Program-made: the position numbers and the translations under genes
NCBI GenBank assembly: GCA_018434325.1
Contig: JAHDPO010000029.1
Coordinates: 22,784-86,783, forward strand
DNA: 64,000 nt
Reading direction: 5' to 3'
Origin: Clostridia bacterium
Lineage (GTDB): Bacteria; Bacillota; Peptococcia; DRI-13; UBA5745
The notes under the pieces: model-generated
The model's database searches: none
Told to the model about the DNA's origin: nothing
Seen by the model: the letters and a program-made list of their open reading frames with translations, nothing else
Shown here: piece by piece, positions 9,537 through 18,709 of the stretch
Layout: each line of letters begins with the position of its first letter
How positions within the stretch are numbered: position 1 is the stretch's first letter

Positions 9537-10448
9537 ATGCAGCAAGTGGATTGGCAGCAGATAGAGAACTGGATAGAAAAACAGCAGATCGGCAGATGGC
9601 AGGCGGCGGCTCCCCTGGCGGAGTTTACTTCCTGGCGCATCGGCGGCCCGGCCCGGCTGATGGTTTGGCCGGAAACGGAAGAAAAATGCGCCGCCTTGCT
9701 GCAATATGGCAGCCAACAAGGGGCTGACCTGCGTTTTTTAGGCAGCGGCACTAATCTGCTGGCAGCCGACGAAGGTGTGGAGGCTTTGGTGATTCATACC
9801 GGAGCTTTACGCCGGCTGGAATGGGCAGGCAAAGAAGTGCAGGCAGGCGCAGGCTTGCCTTTGGCTCAGCTGTCTAAGGCCGCCGCCGATCGCAGTTTGA
9901 AAGGCTTGGAGTTTGCCATCGGCATCCCCGGCTCTTTGGGCGGTGCTCTGATGATGAATGCCGGCGCTTATGGCGGCCAGATGTCCGATTTAGTATTGGA
10001 AGTTCGGGCCATGGATAAAACAGGACGGATTCGGGTGCTGCAAGAGCAGGAATTGTCTTACGGTTACCGGGAGAGCCGGCTTAAACATGAAGATTTGTTA
10101 ATATTAAGCGGCCGCTTGGGCTTTAAAGAAGGCAATCAGGAGGAAAGCCTGGCGCTAATGAAAGAATATTTGGAAGCCAGACGTCAAAAGCAGCCTCTGG
10201 ATTTGCCCAATGGCGGCAGCGTGTTTCGCAATCCTGCCGGCGGCGGCGCCGGCCGGTATATTGAGCAGGCGGGCCTTAAGGGACTGCAGATCGGCAAAGC
10301 TCAGATATCTCCCAAACATGCCAATTTCATCGTTAATCTGGGCGGAGCAAAAGCCGCCGAGGTGAGCGCTCTGATGGACAGAGCCCAAAAGGAAGTAGCG
10401 GAAAAATTCGGGGTCAGATTGGAAAGCGAAGTTATTTGCTGGAGATAG
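9537..10448 (+). CDS. murB: UDP-N-acetylenolpyruvoylglucosamine reductase
   Basis: FAD-binding PCMH-type N-terminal half, with the conserved strings GGSVFRNP and KHANFIVN. Confidence 0.92.
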   Translation: MQQVDWQQIENWIEKQQIGRWQAAAPLAEFTSWRIGGPARLMVWPETEEKCAALLQYGSQQGADLRFLGSGTNLLAADEGVEALVIHTGALRRLEWAGKEVQAGAGLPLAQLSKAAADRSLKGLEFAIGIPGSLGGALMMNAGAYGGQMSDLVLEVRAMDKTGRIRVLQEQELSYGYRESRLKHEDLLILSGRLGFKEGNQEESLALMKEYLEARRQKQPLDLPNGGSVFRNPAGGGAGRYIEQAGLKGLQIGKAQISPKHANFIVNLGGAKAAEVSALMDRAQKEVAEKFGVRLESEVICWR

Positions 10449-10489
10449 TGAATTGGTCTTGGATGACGTGGTGGAAGCGGGGGATAGTT

Positions 10490-11743
10490 ATGGAAAAATA
10501 CGTAGTGGTCGGCGGCAGGCCATTGTCCGGTAAGGTACGGATCGGCGGCAGTAAAAATTCGGTGTTGACCTTGCTGCCGGCCTGCTTATTGGCGGAGGAT
10601 GCCTGCAATCTATACGATGTGCCAAATCTCAGCGATGTAGAGAATATGCTCCAGGTCTTGAGCACTCTGGGGGCAGCGATAAAGAGAAACCAAAACTCCC
10701 TGACGATTGATGCCGGTGGGCTTCAGTTTGAAACGGTTCCCGACCGTTTGGCCAGAAGCATGAGGGCATCAAATTTAGTCTTAGGGCCTCTCCTGGCCAG
10801 GCTGGGGCACGTGCGGATACCTTATCCCGGCGGCTGTCTGATCGGCTCCCGTCCCATGGATCAGCATATCCGGGGGCTGAGGCTGATGGGGGCAGAATTT
10901 ACCGATAGATACGGCTGTATTGAAGCCAGAGCAAAAAAATTAAAAGGCGCAGAAATCTGCCTGGATTTTCCCAGTGTGGGAGCCACGGAGAATTTAATAA
11001 TGGCGGCTTCTTTAGCCCAAGGCGTAACCATCATCCATAATGCGGCCAGAGAGCCGGAAATCGTGGAGCTCCAGAATTTCCTCAATGCCATGGGGGCCAA
11101 AGTGAAGGGGGCCGGCAGCAATACGGTGCGCATCGAAGGCGTAGATAAGCTCAGCGGCGCCGAGCAGGTAGTGACGCCGGACCGTATCGAAGCGGGAACT
11201 TATATGGTAATGGCCTTGGCGACCAAGGGCCAGATCTTTTTGGAAAACGTGATTCCCGAGCATTTGGAGGCAGTGACGGCCAAGCTGCGGGAAGCCGGCG
11301 CCAGGATCCAGGAGGACAACAGCGGCCTTTGGATTGGCAGCCCCAGAAGGCTGAAACCCGTAGACCTGAAGACCATGCCTTATCCCGGCTTCCCTACCGA
11401 CATGCAGGCTCAGGTGATGGCGCTGATGACTTTAGTAAAAGGCACCAGTATCGCTACGGAAACCATATTTGAAAACCGCTTTCAGCATGTGGCGGAGCTC
11501 TGCCGCATGGGAGCCAATATTCGCCTGGAAGGCCGTACAGCCGTGGTTCAGGGTGTGGAATCTTTAAGCGGCGCTTATGTGGAGGCGACGGATCTGCGGG
11601 CAGGAGCGGCTTTGGTGACGGCGGCCCTGATGGCCGAAGGAGCCAGCATTATTGGCAATATTCACTATATAGACAGAGGCTATGATCAGTTTGAGCAGAA
11701 GCTGGCCAATTTAGGGGCCCAGATCATGAGGATAACTTCCTAA
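10490..11743 (+). CDS. murA: UDP-N-acetylglucosamine 1-carboxyvinyltransferase
   Basis: KVRIGGSKNS N-terminal motif and active-site Cys in PGGCLIGSRPMDQH. ATG 10490 was chosen; the track start 10436 overlaps murB. Confidence 0.93.
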   Translation: MEKYVVVGGRPLSGKVRIGGSKNSVLTLLPACLLAEDACNLYDVPNLSDVENMLQVLSTLGAAIKRNQNSLTIDAGGLQFETVPDRLARSMRASNLVLGPLLARLGHVRIPYPGGCLIGSRPMDQHIRGLRLMGAEFTDRYGCIEARAKKLKGAEICLDFPSVGATENLIMAASLAQGVTIIHNAAREPEIVELQNFLNAMGAKVKGAGSNTVRIEGVDKLSGAEQVVTPDRIEAGTYMVMALATKGQIFLENVIPEHLEAVTAKLREAGARIQEDNSGLWIGSPRRLKPVDLKTMPYPGFPTDMQAQVMALMTLVKGTSIATETIFENRFQHVAELCRMGANIRLEGRTAVVQGVESLSGAYVEATDLRAGAALVTAALMAEGASIIGNIHYIDRGYDQFEQKLANLGAQIMRITS

Positions 11744-11898
11744 AGTCCGGATTAATAAGTAAATAAACGGGAGGGGGTTGGGGCGCCATCAAGCTTGCCG
11801 CCTCAACCTTCCCCGGTTGCCCCGTTTTTACCGGTTGCTTCGATTGTCTCCGATTGTTTCGGTTTCTCCGATGGGTTGTTGTAATTGTGTGAGGCTTC

Positions 11899-11970
11899 TT
11901 CCGCGAAATTTTCCGCGAAATCGCCCACGAAATCTTCCGCCAATTCTTCCACCAATTCCCTTGCCATTTA
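11899..11970. repeat. Degenerate 12-nt tandem repeat, 5-6 units of TTCCGCGAAATY
   Basis: Units at 11899, 11911, 11923, 11935, 11947 and 11959, read directly from the murA-ftsQ intergenic region. Confidence 0.8.
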
Positions 11971-12065
11971 TTATGGCAATTCCCTCAAAGACTGGACAAA
12001 GAGGATGCTATGAGATATTATTGTGATGTGCTGGTTTAGTATAAAGCAAAGAAAGGACAAGCCGG

Positions 12066-12842
12066 GTGACGATAAGACAAAGCAGCGCCAGGCAAAGAAA
12101 AGGGCGGCGTCGCCTAAAGCGCACATTTATTACGGGCCTGGGTTTGATTTTTATATTTTTGGCGGGCTTTGGCGGATACTCCTTGGCCAATTCCTCTTTT
12201 TTTGATTTAAAGGAGATTCGAGTGGCAGGCAATGAGGTTCTTAATCAGGAGGAGCTCATTCAACTGTCAGGCTTGCGGATCGGCACCAATTTGCTCAAGG
12301 TTTCCCGGCAGCAGGTGGCAGAAAGCATTCTGTCGCAGCCTTATGTTAAAGAAGTAGACGTAAAGCGCAGCCTTCCCAATAAGATAGAGATCCGGATTAC
12401 CGAGCGGTCGCCGATGGCGCTGATCAGCGGTGATCAGCGATATCTCATCTTGGATGGAGAGGGCTATTGCATAGCCGAGGTAGGCCTGGCGGCGGCGGAA
12501 AGCTGGACCTTGCCCAGTATACGCTGCAGCAGCGCAGCCATGGCTCTGCTGCCGGGAGAGAAGACGGAGGATGAAGGCGTACTGGCCGCTCTTACGCTTA
12601 TTGAGAAGCTGGATCCGTTTTTTCTGGAGAATATTTTGGAGTTTGATGCCCCTTCTGCCGAAAAGCTGGCAGTGATCAATATAGACGGCCTGCCGGTATA
12701 TTTCGGCTTGCCGGAAAATTTAGACCGGAAGCTGCAATATTATGAAGAGCTGCTCATTAAAAACAAGGAGCAGTGCAATGCCCAAACCTTAAATTATGTG
12801 GATCTTCGCTACGATACCCAGCCGATTTTGAGCAGAAAGTAA
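12066..12842 (+). CDS. ftsQ: Cell division protein FtsQ/DivIB (single TM + POTRA)
   Basis: Basic N-terminus, one TM segment (GLGLIFIFLAGFGGY) and a POTRA-like LKEIRVAGNEVL. GTG start. Lies directly upstream of ftsZ. Confidence 0.85.
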   Translation: MTIRQSSARQRKGRRRLKRTFITGLGLIFIFLAGFGGYSLANSSFFDLKEIRVAGNEVLNQEELIQLSGLRIGTNLLKVSRQQVAESILSQPYVKEVDVKRSLPNKIEIRITERSPMALISGDQRYLILDGEGYCIAEVGLAAAESWTLPSIRCSSAAMALLPGEKTEDEGVLAALTLIEKLDPFFLENILEFDAPSAEKLAVINIDGLPVYFGLPENLDRKLQYYEELLIKNKEQCNAQTLNYVDLRYDTQPILSRK

Positions 12843-12955
12843 TGAGTTTTTATCTGCTGAAAATTTGTTAATGGAATAAGAAGGAAAACGCAGACTAGCT
12901 GTTGAATTTACTACAAATTGGAGAAAAAGAAGCCTGAAGGAAGCGAGGGATTAGT

Positions 12956-14119
<1,164 letters not shown>

Positions 14120-14285
14120 ATGATTGGCTGATTATTTGGCTGATCGCGGCAAAAGGCAAAAAGCAGCTGATGAGCAATGGCCGTGATTGACGGTGGATGC
14201 TCAGGCTGATGGTTGCTGAATGATCAAGCGGATTGATACCGGATAATTAAGCAGATTGATGTGCCGAATTCTTCAATGTCTATTT

Positions 14286-14325
14286 AACCGGCTTTTCTGA
14301 TGAAGAGATCAGAGAAGCCGGTTTT
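14286..14325 (+). terminator. Rho-independent terminator after ftsZ
   Basis: Hairpin ACCGGCTTTTCTGAT..ATCAGAGAAGCCGGT followed by a TTTTCC run. Confidence 0.7.
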
Positions 14326-14560
14326 CCTATTCTCATTTAGTTAAGAAAGAAGGTCGTCGAGCCATAGGGTGCCGGCAGATGGCCGGCAGTGACCCGACAG
14401 TGACTCGGTAATATCGGCAGTGGCTCAACTCGGCACTAACCCGGCATCTTGTGCAGAATTTACGAAAAAATTGTACAGAGATCACGGGCCCATTGCTCAC
14501 CCTTCCGCTTCTGCAATAGTTTAGCTTATGATAAATAATTGAAATTCTGTGCAATAATAG

Positions 14561-14589
14561 ATGACGCAGGCAAAGGGCTGTTGTATAAT
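14561..14589 (+). promoter_or_regulatory. Sigma-A-like promoter (ATGACG-17 nt-TGT-TATAAT)
   Basis: -35-like box at 14561-14566, 17-nt spacer and extended -10 TGnTATAAT at 14581-14589. It lies upstream of the RBS/TTG start at 14657. Confidence 0.5.
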
Positions 14590-14656
14590 AAGGTGCAGCA
14601 TTAAGAAATGTTATAGTATCGGAGTAATCACGATTTTTCGTCGAGGAGGAGAACCT

Positions 14657-16051
14657 TTGAACGATACCGATTCGTTGTTACAATTTTCGAAGCAATATCC
14701 GGTGGGATCAGTTCTTCTACAGGAGGGTGATGCCGTAAAGGGTGATATGTTTGTCCTGTTGCAAGGCAGTGTCGGCGCATATCGGAGTTATGGGGAGGCC
14801 GGGGAAGTTAGATTGAGCACCTATGAAGCCGGCAGTTTTTTTGGCGAGCTGGACTTCTTTCTTGATGAAGCGCCTAAGGCGACTTTTGTGGCATTGATAG
14901 ACTGTATTGTCCTTGCCGTCAGCCGGCAAAACCTTTATTCCTTCTTTGCCGGTCAGCCTGGGATGACTTTTATGATTATTCAGGGTTTATGCCGGCAGCT
15001 GGCGGCAACAAATGAAAACTACAGAATGCTTTATGAGAGATATATGACAGAAGTGGCCGTTGCCGGCAGTGGCAGCAGATTGGCTCAGGCTACGGGGGAG
15101 GAGGCCTGGCCGCCGGCCGCTGCTGAGCTTGAGTTACCGGCTGAGTCCAAGTCGGCGCCGAGTCAGGAGCTGGAGTCAGGATTGGGGGTGGTGCCGGCAG
15201 CGGAGCCCGCGTCGTCCTCCACGTCTGCGCCTGCCTCCGCGTCTGCGCCTGCGTCCGCTTCTGCATCTGCGCCGGCCTCCGCGCCGGAGCAAAAGGCCTC
15301 CGCTGGCAGCATCCTGTTTCCCGTCGGCCACGGCTCCTACGTGCTGCCTATGGATCACAAAAAAGATAATCTGCTTTTTGAGCGGGATATTGTTTGCCCG
15401 GTGTGCGGTCATCAATTCAAAGCCTTATCCCTTTTCATGTCAAAGCTGCGGCAGGAGCGGACCGACAGAGATATGCGCACCCGTTACAAAGGCATCGAGC
15501 CTATGCACTACGATGTCATTACCTGCCCGGCTTGTCACTATAGCGCACTGATGGATTCCTTTGCCGGCGCGAGCAAACGGCAGGCCGAGCAGATTGCTGC
15601 CAAAGTCGGACCTTATAGCCGGGGGCTGGAAATCAAGACAGGATTTGACCGGGATACCTTCACTGTATTCGCCGGTTATTATCTGGCGCTGCTTTGTGCA
15701 CCGGCGGTGGCCGCCGACCATCAGCTTATTACCGCTAAGCTTTGGCTGCGGCTGGCTCGCCTTTACGAAGACTGCGGCGATGAAAAGATGAAGCAATACG
15801 CCAATCGGATGGCGCTGGCCGACTATACCTACGCTTACGAAGGGCTGCGGCTGTCGGAGAAGCAAAATCAACAGCTGTGTTTCGTCATCGGTGATTTATA
15901 CTATAAGCAGGACGACCTTGAAAATGCCCGGACGTTTCTCCATTATGCCAAGATGAATAAGGACGGCTCTCAGGCCGTCAAACGGCAGGCAGACTTATAT
16001 TTGGATGAAGTGCGCGAGGAGATCAAAAGACGCAAGGACAGCCATCAATAA
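14657..16051 (+). CDS. Cyclic-nucleotide-binding domain protein fused to a DUF2225-type zinc-ribbon/helical-repeat domain via a Ser/Ala/Pro low-complexity linker
   Basis: N-terminal cNMP-binding-like segment (GDMFVLLQGSVGAY...FFGEL). SAPASASAP linker. CPVCGHQF...CPACHYSAL with a following helical region, as in DUF2225. TTG 14657 lies 7 nt after GAGGAGG; the track start 14561 coincides with the promoter. Confidence 0.7.
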   Translation: MNDTDSLLQFSKQYPVGSVLLQEGDAVKGDMFVLLQGSVGAYRSYGEAGEVRLSTYEAGSFFGELDFFLDEAPKATFVALIDCIVLAVSRQNLYSFFAGQPGMTFMIIQGLCRQLAATNENYRMLYERYMTEVAVAGSGSRLAQATGEEAWPPAAAELELPAESKSAPSQELESGLGVVPAAEPASSSTSAPASASAPASASASAPASAPEQKASAGSILFPVGHGSYVLPMDHKKDNLLFERDIVCPVCGHQFKALSLFMSKLRQERTDRDMRTRYKGIEPMHYDVITCPACHYSALMDSFAGASKRQAEQIAAKVGPYSRGLEIKTGFDRDTFTVFAGYYLALLCAPAVAADHQLITAKLWLRLARLYEDCGDEKMKQYANRMALADYTYAYEGLRLSEKQNQQLCFVIGDLYYKQDDLENARTFLHYAKMNKDGSQAVKRQADLYLDEVREEIKRRKDSHQ

Positions 16052-16097
16052 GATATTTGAACCGGCAATTTATTATCCATTTAACGAGATGCATAAA

Positions 16098-16131
16098 ATC
16101 ATGGCCGTTGCGGTGGCCATGATTATTTTTT
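16098..16131 (+). terminator. Rho-independent terminator
   Basis: ATCATGGCC-gttgcggt-GGCCATGAT stem followed by TATTTTTT. Confidence 0.75.
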
Positions 16132-16183
16132 CTCCCGACCTAAATTGACACGTTTCCTGGTTTCACAGGTGTATAATCAAAAC

Positions 16184-17083
16184 ATGTCAACCATTATTGT
16201 CTATGCCGATTTGGTTTTCGCCGCCAATCTGGTCATGGATTGGCTGGTATTATGGATTGCCGGACGTCTTGCCGGCCGGCCGGGCAAAAAGCTTTGGCTG
16301 GGGGCGGCGGCAGTTCTGGGGGCTTTCTACGCCCTGGCGGCAGCGTTATGGCCTTATAGCATACTGGCTGCCGGCTGGCTTAAGCTGCTGAGCGGCTGCC
16401 TTTTGGTAGCCGTTGCTTACAGGCCGGAGAGCTGGCTATGGTTTTGGCGGTATTGCGGCGCTTTTTATCTTGTTTCTTTTGCTTTAGGGGGAGCCGCCTT
16501 CGGCCTGTGGTATCTGCTGCTTTCCACCGCCGGCCTGCCGGATAGTCTGGGCCGTTTTGCGGCTCCCTCAGCCTTTGCCCTGCCTTTGGGCGTGCTTGTA
16601 ATGGGCCTGCTGCTGCTGGCAGACCGCCGGCAGAAGCGGCGTGCGGCGATGAGCTCTTTACTGATGGAGATTGAGCTTTGGCCGCCGCAAGAGGCAGAAG
16701 GCCGCAGTTGGAGATTTACTGCTTTTCTGGATACGGGCCACCATTTACACGATCCGGCCAGCGGTTTGCCGGTGCTGGTGATGGCTTTGGCAAGCTTGCC
16801 GGAACCCTGGGCTCAGACTATTAGCAACATAGGCTGGGAAAGGCTGGAGCGCCTATCCTTGCGCACCGTGGCCGGCGTCAAAACCTTGCCGATTTGGGGG
16901 CCTTTGGTGCTGCAGGCAGTAGGCAGGGAAAAAAGAGAATGTATGATGGCGCTGACGCCGGAGCTTTTAAACCGGGAAGGAAATTATCAGCTGTTGGCGC
17001 CTTTTGAGCTGGCAGAGTATTTTTCTTTGCCGCATAAAAAGGAGGAGACAAATCAACATGAAAGTCTTGCGGACCATCATTGA
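16184..17083 (+). CDS. spoIIGA: Sigma-E processing aspartic peptidase SpoIIGA
   Basis: Five-TM-like N-terminal half and [11 protein letters not shown] (a DxG protease motif aligned to DSGN of Bacillus SpoIIGA). Directly precedes and overlaps sigE. ATG 16184 was chosen. Confidence 0.85.
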   Translation: MSTIIVYADLVFAANLVMDWLVLWIAGRLAGRPGKKLWLGAAAVLGAFYALAAALWPYSILAAGWLKLLSGCLLVAVAYRPESWLWFWRYCGAFYLVSFALGGAAFGLWYLLLSTAGLPDSLGRFAAPSAFALPLGVLVMGLLLLADRRQKRRAAMSSLLMEIELWPPQEAEGRSWRFTAFLDTGHHLHDPASGLPVLVMALASLPEPWAQTISNIGWERLERLSLRTVAGVKTLPIWGPLVLQAVGREKRECMMALTPELLNREGNYQLLAPFELAEYFSLPHKKEETNQHESLADHH

Positions 17084-17762
17084 TAAAATATTACGATTTT
17101 TCCACCTGGTTGAGCCGGTGCAATACATCGGCACGGGAGAATCCCTGCCCCAGCCTCTGACTACGGAAGAAGAGAGGAGCTTGCTGGAGCATTTAGAGGA
17201 TGACGGCGACCGGGTAAGAAGCATGTTGATTGAACGAAACCTGCGGCTGGTCGTTTATATTGCCCGCAAATTTGAAAATACGGGGATACAGATCGAAGAC
17301 CTGATTTCCATCGGCACTATTGGGCTGATCAAGGCCGTCAATACTTTTGATCCCCAAAAAAAGATCAAATTAGCCACTTATGCCTCCCGCTGCATAGAAA
17401 ATGAAATATTAATGCACCTCAGGCGCACCAGTAAAACCAAGGCGGAGGTTTCTTTTGACGAACCCTTGAATGTGGATATGGATGGCAATGAGCTTCTGCT
17501 CTCCGACGTCATGGGTACCGACGCCGACTTGATTTACCGGGGAATTGAAGAGGAACTGGAGCTGCGGCTTTTGGGCCAGGCTTTGACAAAGCTTTCCGGC
17601 CGGGAACGTCAGATCATGAACCTGCGCTTTGGTCTGGTGGGCGGTCAGGAAAAAACCCAAAAGGAAGTGGCCGATTCCCTGGGTATTTCTCAATCTTATA
17701 TATCTCGTCTGGAAAAACGGATCATCAAGCGGCTGCGCCGGGATATGGAACGCATGGTCTGA
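17058..17762 (+). CDS. sigE: Sporulation sigma factor pro-sigma-E
   Basis: Pro-sequence followed by [17 protein letters not shown]. Sigma-70 region 2 ([11 protein letters not shown]) and region 4 HTH ([20 protein letters not shown]). ATG 17058 lies after GGAGGAG. Confidence 0.9.
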   Translation: MKVLRTIIDKILRFFHLVEPVQYIGTGESLPQPLTTEEERSLLEHLEDDGDRVRSMLIERNLRLVVYIARKFENTGIQIEDLISIGTIGLIKAVNTFDPQKKIKLATYASRCIENEILMHLRRTSKTKAEVSFDEPLNVDMDGNELLLSDVMGTDADLIYRGIEEELELRLLGQALTKLSGRERQIMNLRFGLVGGQEKTQKEVADSLGISQSYISRLEKRIIKRLRRDMERMV

Positions 17763-17772
17763 GAGATTTTTA

Positions 17773-17801
17773 TTGCAATAAAATTCAGCATAGTGTATAA
17801 T
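17773..17801 (+). promoter_or_regulatory. Sigma-A-like promoter TTGCAA-17 nt-TATAAT
   Basis: Read directly. It lies 33 nt upstream of the GNAT gene start. Confidence 0.55.
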
Positions 17802-17833
17802 ATGCCAAAGAACATACAAGGGGATGATTCAGC

Positions 17834-18289
17834 ATGTTGTACAGGAAAGCCTTAATGAGCGATGCGGAACAGATATACGAATTGGCTAATTATTATGCAG
17901 AAAAGGGCCAGATGCTAACGAGAGCCCGGCATCAGATTTATGAGAATATCCGGGATTTTTTAGTGGCGGAAGATGAAGGCAAGATCGTAGGGGTAGCGGC
18001 ATTGCACATGATGTGGAACGACCTGGCTGAAGTGCGGACCCTGGCCGTAGCTGAGGGATATAAAAGAAAGGGCATCGGCCATAAAATCGTTACCGATCTG
18101 ATGGAGGAAGGCAAGGCTTTAGGCGTTAAAAAGTTTTTTGCCCTTACCTATCAGCCGGAGTTTTTCAGAGCCTGCGGCTTCAGCGAGGAAGACAAAAACA
18201 ACATGCCCCAAAAAGTATGGATGGACTGCATCAATTGTCCCAAGTTTCCCAATTGTGACGAAATCTGCATGACAAGGCTGGCCGATTAA
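17834..18289 (+). CDS. GNAT-family N-acetyltransferase (ArgA-like small form) with C-terminal Cys cluster
   Basis: Acetyl-CoA binding motif YKRKGIGHKIV. C-terminal CINCPKFPNCDEIC. Confidence 0.75.
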   Translation: MLYRKALMSDAEQIYELANYYAEKGQMLTRARHQIYENIRDFLVAEDEGKIVGVAALHMMWNDLAEVRTLAVAEGYKRKGIGHKIVTDLMEEGKALGVKKFFALTYQPEFFRACGFSEEDKNNMPQKVWMDCINCPKFPNCDEICMTRLAD

Positions 18290-18349
18290 AGGACGAGGAA
18301 AGCTTTTGAGTATTCCTGGAAAATCTGGCAATAATACGAGTACAGCATT

Positions 18350-18385
18350 GCCTAACCATTTGTGCAATGCTGTACTTACAACCGG
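18350..18385 (+). terminator. 12-bp perfect hairpin downstream of the GNAT gene
   Basis: GTACAGCATTGC-12 nt-GCAATGCTGTAC. The U-tract is weak. Confidence 0.5.
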
Positions 18386-18425
18386 TAAACATAGCGGCGA
18401 TCAATGAAAAAGGAAGGATGATACG

Positions 18426-18614
18426 ATGAAAGCTGTAATCGACAGGGATGGCTGTATTAGCTGCGGTTTGTGCTATGACACATGCCCGGAGGTTTTTCGG
18501 GTAGGAGACGACGGTTTGGCAGAGGTTTGGGGAGAAGTAAAGGAAGATAATTACGATCTGGCCAAGGAAGCGGAAGAAGGCTGCCCCGTTTCCGTTATCA
18601 CCATCGAAGAATAG
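18426..18614 (+). CDS. Small single-cluster [4Fe-4S] ferredoxin
   Basis: 62 aa, with CISCGLCYDTCP plus a distal CP. Confidence 0.85.
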   Translation: MKAVIDRDGCISCGLCYDTCPEVFRVGDDGLAEVWGEVKEDNYDLAKEAEEGCPVSVITIEE

Positions 18615-18643
18615 ACCGAGGAGTCCTGTCCATATACAAATAG

Positions 18644-18682
18644 AAATGAGCCGTGAGGACTGTGCCGTCCCCGGCTCATTTG
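18644..18682. terminator. Hairpin between convergent genes (possible bidirectional terminator)
   Basis: AATGAGCCG...CGGCTCATT stem between the ferredoxin (+) and the molybdoenzyme (-). Confidence 0.5.
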
Positions 18683-18709
18683 CTATGTATCAACCCTTTT
18701 CAAGCGTTT

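Noticed and set aside
11778-12026. 82-aa ORF in the murA-ftsQ spacer, plus 12008..12232 (-) and 12023..12205 (+)
   Set aside because: It has a TTG start without an RBS, and its Pro/Arg/Leu-rich sequence is generated by the 12-nt tandem repeat. The other two overlap the ftsQ 5' region in alternative frames.
14333-14554. 73-aa minus-strand ORF in the ftsZ-downstream spacer
   Set aside because: It has no RBS, a Cys/Arg-rich implausible composition, and it overlaps short-repeat DNA.
15060-15551. 163-aa Arg/Pro-rich alternative-frame ORF (and 15176..15415 on the minus strand); likewise 21508..21852 and 21601..21900 over the lipoprotein linker
   Set aside because: These are artefacts of GC-rich low-complexity repeats encoding the Ala/Ser/Pro or Ala/Gly/Thr linkers of the real genes.
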